From Candidatus Latescibacterota bacterium (GTDB lineage Bacteria > Latescibacterota > UBA2968 > UBA8231): 64,000 nucleotides of DNA. The translations under genes and the position numbers were made by a program. Shown piece after piece: positions 59,983 to 64,000 of the stretch. The stretch lies in NCBI GenBank assembly GCA_965223905.1, contig CBDCXV010000011.1, positions 352,001-416,000 of the forward strand, read 5' to 3'. Below the pieces are notes generated by a model, which did no database searches, was not told where the DNA came from, and saw nothing but the letters and a program-made list of their open reading frames with translations. The first letter of the stretch is position 1, and each line of letters opens with the position of its first letter.

Positions 59983-62009
59983 TGTGAATACGCCAGCGGC
60001 CGCCGGGCAAACTTGGCCAGCAGTACGGACTGCCGCACCGGCATGCCGGTCGGGGGAAAGAGGGCCTCGCGGGGGTGGCCGAGCGTGCATGCGACCCGGT
60101 CCGAGACCGCGGACCCCGGCGGCGGATCCTGGGAAATGACGGTAGTGCCTTCCCCGGCGAAGTGGACGGCCAGTCCTCTGATGTTCCCGTGGTAGCGGGC
60201 GGTTTCCGGGCTCAATCCCCGCAGGTCGGGGAGCACGGGAGAAACCCTGGCCGCCAAGGCGGGGGAAGGCCTGCTCTCCGGGGCGCGCGGCCTCTTGATC
60301 CCTCCCTGAAAGTAGACACGCTCCATGACGCGGCGAAAAACCGGGGCTGCAACCCGGCCGCCCCACTTCTCGGTTCGTGGGTTGAGCATCACGACCAGGC
60401 AGAGAAACTCCGGCTGTCGAGCAGGCAGGAACCCGACAAAGGAAACGATGTACTCATCCCTCGCGTACCCCTTGCCGTGTTTGGCAGCCCGTTGCGCCGT
60501 ACCGGTTTTGCCCGCCACGTCGACTCCGGGGATCTTCCCCATTCGTCCCGTGCCGTCGCGCACGACTTTGGCGAGAATCTCCCTCATGGTCGACGAGGTC
60601 TTCTCCGAGATCACCCGGCGGATCACTTTCGGTTTCACGACGGTTCTTCCGCCTTCGCCATCGTCCATCACGCGCAGAATCTGCGGAGCCATCAGCTGAC
60701 CGCCGTTGGCGATGGCTCCGAAGGCCTGCACCATCTGCAGTGCGGTGACCGAAACCTCCTGCCCGATGGCGATAGTTTCGAGGGAGCGATCGGACCACTT
60801 GCGCGCATGCCTGAGAAGACCGCCGCTCTCGGCCGGCAGGCCGAGAGCGGTTCGCGTTCCGAATCCGAAGTTGCGCAGGTATTCGTAAAACCTGGGGCGC
60901 TGTAGACGGCGGGCCATCTTCATCATCCCGATGTTGCTCGAATTCACCAGGACTTCACTGGCGGTGAGCCAGCCGTGCTTTCCCACGTCCCGGACATTAT
61001 CGCCGTTGGTCAGCCTGAATGATCCGTTTTCACAGTAGACGAGGGTCTTTGGGATCGCCAGTTCCTCTTCGAAAACCGAAGCCGCGGTAATCGCCTTGAA
61101 GGTCGAACCCGGCTCGAAGGAATCGGTTATCGCCCGGTTGCGGCGGATTTCGGCTGGAAACTTTCCCGGTTCGTTGGGATTGAAGAGAGGAACACTGGCC
61201 ATCGCCAGGATCTCTCCGGTATGCGGCCGCGAGATGATGGCATAGGCCCCTTCAGAACGGGTCGAATCGACGGCACGTGCGAGCTCCTCTTCGAGGATAT
61301 CCTGGTATACCGCGTCGATCGTGAGAGTAAGGCTCGAACCGTCCTGCGGTGCAAGGTGTTCCCGATTGTGCACTGAAAGCTGCCGGCCGCGCGAGTCCAC
61401 TTTGGTCAGCCTTTTTCCGGTGGTCTCCCGAAGGGCGGAATCGTAGGATATCTCCACCCCCTCGCGGCCCCTTTTATCGATATCGGCGAACCCCAACAGC
61501 TGGCCGGCCACCGATCCGAACGGGTAATAGCGGCACGTCCCCTTTTGCTCGCGAATGCCCTCGATACCGGAGGGGCGATATGCGGCGGCCTGCGTGTCCG
61601 GAACCTGCCTGGCGAGATAGACGAACGGCCCGTTACCGTTCAGCGCATCGAGTATCACTTCGGGTTTGCGGCCTGTTTTTGCGGCGAAATGACGGGCAAC
61701 CTCTTGCGGTTGTCGAACCTCGGAAGGGTGGCAGTAGAAGGATGTCGCCGGGACATCCTGGGCGAGCACTCTCCCTTCACGGTCGAAAATGCGCCCTCTG
61801 CTCGCGGCGATATCCACCCAGCGGTCGTGCTGCTGCATGGCTTTTTCCGCGTAGCTGTGGTGCTGAACCGCTTGCACTTGCACCAGCCTGCCGACCAGAA
61901 GGGCCCAGAACATCGCCCCGGCAAGAAAAACAAGGCGCAGCCGGGAACGGCCTTGGTGCTTTCCCGCTTCCGGTGTCTTGCGCTCGCCTTGCCGGTCAGT
62001 CATCGCCAC
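59979..62009 (-). CDS. ftsI: Division transpeptidase FtsI/PBP3 with a PASTA domain
   Basis: EPGSTFK (SxxK), SSN, KTGTAQ. Confidence 0.93.
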   Translation of the reverse strand: MAMTDRQGERKTPEAGKHQGRSRLRLVFLAGAMFWALLVGRLVQVQAVQHHSYAEKAMQQHDRWVDIAASRGRIFDREGRVLAQDVPATSFYCHPSEVRQPQEVARHFAAKTGRKPEVILDALNGNGPFVYLARQVPDTQAAAYRPSGIEGIREQKGTCRYYPFGSVAGQLLGFADIDKRGREGVEISYDSALRETTGKRLTKVDSRGRQLSVHNREHLAPQDGSSLTLTIDAVYQDILEEELARAVDSTRSEGAYAIISRPHTGEILAMASVPLFNPNEPGKFPAEIRRNRAITDSFEPGSTFKAITAASVFEEELAIPKTLVYCENGSFRLTNGDNVRDVGKHGWLTASEVLVNSSNIGMMKMARRLQRPRFYEYLRNFGFGTRTALGLPAESGGLLRHARKWSDRSLETIAIGQEVSVTALQMVQAFGAIANGGQLMAPQILRVMDDGEGGRTVVKPKVIRRVISEKTSSTMREILAKVVRDGTGRMGKIPGVDVAGKTGTAQRAAKHGKGYARDEYIVSFVGFLPARQPEFLCLVVMLNPRTEKWGGRVAAPVFRRVMERVYFQGGIKRPRAPESRPSPALAARVSPVLPDLRGLSPETARYHGNIRGLAVHFAGEGTTVISQDPPPGSAVSDRVACTLGHPREALFPPTGMPVRQSVLLAKFARRPLAYSQ

Positions 62010-62272
62010 CTCCTCCGGCCAGCCGATGCGCCGGGTATCATCCTCAACTCCGACTCCGCGCGGCGAACAATGACTCCCGGCTTCTTCGCCCTGACCACCT
62101 CCGCCATCAGCCGGGTGCGCTCATCTCTGAGGGAGGCAATTTCCGCTTCGGCCCCGACGATGTCTTCCATCAATTCGGCGACTTCCACTTTGCCCCAGAC
62201 GTACAGAATCGTCAGCGCAACGCTGGCGGCGACGGCGGTTACATAGGCTCTCAGTGTCTGAAACGAATACAT
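62000..62272 (-). CDS. ftsL: Cell division protein FtsL
   Basis: Short TM plus coiled coil between rsmH and ftsI. Confidence 0.7.
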   Translation of the reverse strand: MYSFQTLRAYVTAVAASVALTILYVWGKVEVAELMEDIVGAEAEIASLRDERTRLMAEVVRAKKPGVIVRRAESELRMIPGASAGRRRWR

Positions 62273-62300
62273 GGCTCCGTTCCCGTTGCCGGTGTGCGGC

Positions 62301-63227
62301 CTAGGCGGGCAGCTTTTCGAATACCCGCAGTCCGGCGCTGCGAGCACGGGGATTGGCGGTTGTTTCCGCCGCGGTCGCCGTTCGCCTCTGGTGGACGGGA
62401 CGGAACGACGGTTTGCCCCCGCACCTGCATACGGGGATCCGGGGGGGACAAGTGCAGCCCTTTATCGCCGTGGCGAACGCTGACTTCACGAGTCTGTCTT
62501 CCAGGGAGTGGTACGATATTACCGCCAATCGGCCTTTGCACGTCAGCATTTCCATTGCGGCACTCAGTGCCGATTCCAGCGCCTTCAACTCGTCGTTGAC
62601 GACTATGCGCAGGGCCTGAAACACCCGAGCCAGCGTCTTGTTCGGCATCTGCGGATGCGTGGATTCCACCGCGGCCCGCAGGTCGCCGGTCGATCTCATT
62701 CCATTGCAGTCTCTTCGGATGCAGATAGCCCGGGCGATTCGGCGCGCGCCGCGCTCTTCGCCGTAGCGCCTGATCAAATCGGACAGGTCGGCTTCCGAGA
62801 CCTCCGCCAGCAGATCGCCCGCCGGGACCCCGGCGCCGCGGTCCATGCGCATGTCCAGGGGACCGGTCTCCCGGTAGCTGAACCCGCGGCCAGGTTCGTC
62901 GATCTGGTGCGAGGATACTCCCAGATCGAACAGAAGCCCGGAGACGGCTGTCGCCTCTGCAGCCTCCTCCAGCAGGATCGGCAGGTCGCAGAAATTGCCT
63001 TGAAGGACCACCATGCGGCCTGCAAATTCCCCGGCAATCTGCCGCAGACGGGCGATCGCCTCCGGATCGCGGTCTATCGCGATGAGCCGGCCATCCTGGG
63101 CGAGTCGCCCCAGGATCGCGCGGCTGTGTCCCCCGCCCCCGGCTGTAGCGTCGACATACACCCCTGCAGGGTCGTTGACGAGGCCGGCGACGACCTCCGA
63201 CACCATGACCGGCCGGTGGTATTCCAT
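62301..63227 (-). CDS. rsmH: 16S rRNA m4C1402 methyltransferase RsmH
   Basis: DATAGGGGHS, DLGVSS, PLDMRM, YHSLEDR, NPRARSA. Confidence 0.97.
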   Translation of the reverse strand: MEYHRPVMVSEVVAGLVNDPAGVYVDATAGGGGHSRAILGRLAQDGRLIAIDRDPEAIARLRQIAGEFAGRMVVLQGNFCDLPILLEEAAEATAVSGLLFDLGVSSHQIDEPGRGFSYRETGPLDMRMDRGAGVPAGDLLAEVSEADLSDLIRRYGEERGARRIARAICIRRDCNGMRSTGDLRAAVESTHPQMPNKTLARVFQALRIVVNDELKALESALSAAMEMLTCKGRLAVISYHSLEDRLVKSAFATAIKGCTCPPRIPVCRCGGKPSFRPVHQRRTATAAETTANPRARSAGLRVFEKLPA

Positions 63228-63260
63228 TGCGTCGATCCGTTTTCTTCAGAGTGTGGAAAC

Positions 63261-63704
63261 TCAAAGCGGCAAGCCTTCCGCGGATTGGGTCAGTCCCGCC
63301 TGGGCCGGCGCCAGATAGGAATTCCAGGCTTCCGGTTCCCAGAACTCGAGCTTCCTCCCGGCTCCTGCGATTACCATCCGATCGGAGACGCCTGCACGAT
63401 CGAGCAGCTTTTTCGGAAGGGTGGCCCTCCCCTGCCGGTCGAGCCTAACCTCCGCTGCCTGGGAGAAAACCACGCGGTAGTACTGGCGGGCATTCTGATC
63501 GGTCTGCGGCAAATCGGCAATTTTCGTGGCGATCTCGCTCCAGGCTTGATGTGGATGGGCGTTGAGACAGCCATCCAGCCCCCGGGTCACTACCAGAGTG
63601 TCGCCATCTTCGGGAAGCAGCTTGCGTCGCAACTCCGCCGGCAGGAAGATGCGGCCCTTGTCGTCGACCGGTACGTCGTATTCCCCGAGAAAAAACTGAG
63701 CCAC
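63261..63704 (-). CDS. mraZ: Transcriptional regulator MraZ
   Basis: DDKGRIFLP and DRQGRATLP duplicated motifs. Confidence 0.95.
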   Translation of the reverse strand: MAQFFLGEYDVPVDDKGRIFLPAELRRKLLPEDGDTLVVTRGLDGCLNAHPHQAWSEIATKIADLPQTDQNARQYYRVVFSQAAEVRLDRQGRATLPKKLLDRAGVSDRMVIAGAGRKLEFWEPEAWNSYLAPAQAGLTQSAEGLPL

Positions 63705-63734
63705 TGGCCTCCGCCTTCTGCGAACCGCCTTATC

Positions 63735-63773
63735 TTCCCCCCACTATCCACCCTTTTACACCATTTTACACCC
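63735..63773 (-). promoter_or_regulatory. Putative MraZ operator repeats
   Basis: Minus strand GGTGTAAAAT GGTGTAAAAG GGTGGATAGT GGGGG, 10-bp periodic repeats upstream of mraZ. Confidence 0.6.
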
Positions 63774-64000
63774 GAGATAGTATACGGTTCCCCAGAAAGG
63801 GATGTCAAGGCAATTATCCGGTCTCCGCCTTGGGGACGTATGTCGATTCTGCCCCGCCCCTTCCTAAAGAGCAACGGGTACCTATGGATGAGGAGAATGC
63901 GGGTAGATTTCCCAGCTCAGGCCAGCTCTACAACCTGCCGATTGATGACCATTCCCCGGGCCTGGTACTTCTCTTCGTAGTTGGTGGGAACCCCCTCCCA

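Overview
High-GC bacterial window in two parts. Positions 1-33.2 kb are a mosaic accessory island ending at a tRNA-Thr(CGT) 3' fragment (attR-like). It contains IS3, IS1595 and IS481 remnants, a Panacea/DUF4065-type toxin-antitoxin pair, a complete type I-E CRISPR-Cas locus (cas3, cas8e, cse2, cas7, cas5, cas6e, cas1, cas2; about 74 repeats), a two-dynamin (Eleos/LeoA-like) cassette, and a ~9.4 kb satellite-like integrative element (integrase, excisionase, Cre-like recombinase, primase, AAA helicase, putative Rep plus iterons, Myb/SANT-like proteins). Positions 33.3-64 kb are core genome: mltG, pcrA, mtaB, miaB, a frameshifted helicase/nuclease trio, kptA, purE, and a dcw cluster lacking mraY, murD, murG, murB and ddl. 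The most striking signal is a hidden one-spacer mini-CRISPR between cas3 and cas8e (degenerate repeats 7806-7839 and 7872-7900, 32-nt spacer). Its guide matches a site next to an AAC PAM just downstream of the putative cas8e-operon promoter, with mismatches at positions 1, 6, 8, 12 and 18. This suggests a Cascade-guided autoregulatory, possibly toxin-antitoxin, RNA module. All calls come from reading the sequence and ORF track by eye; no searches were run.
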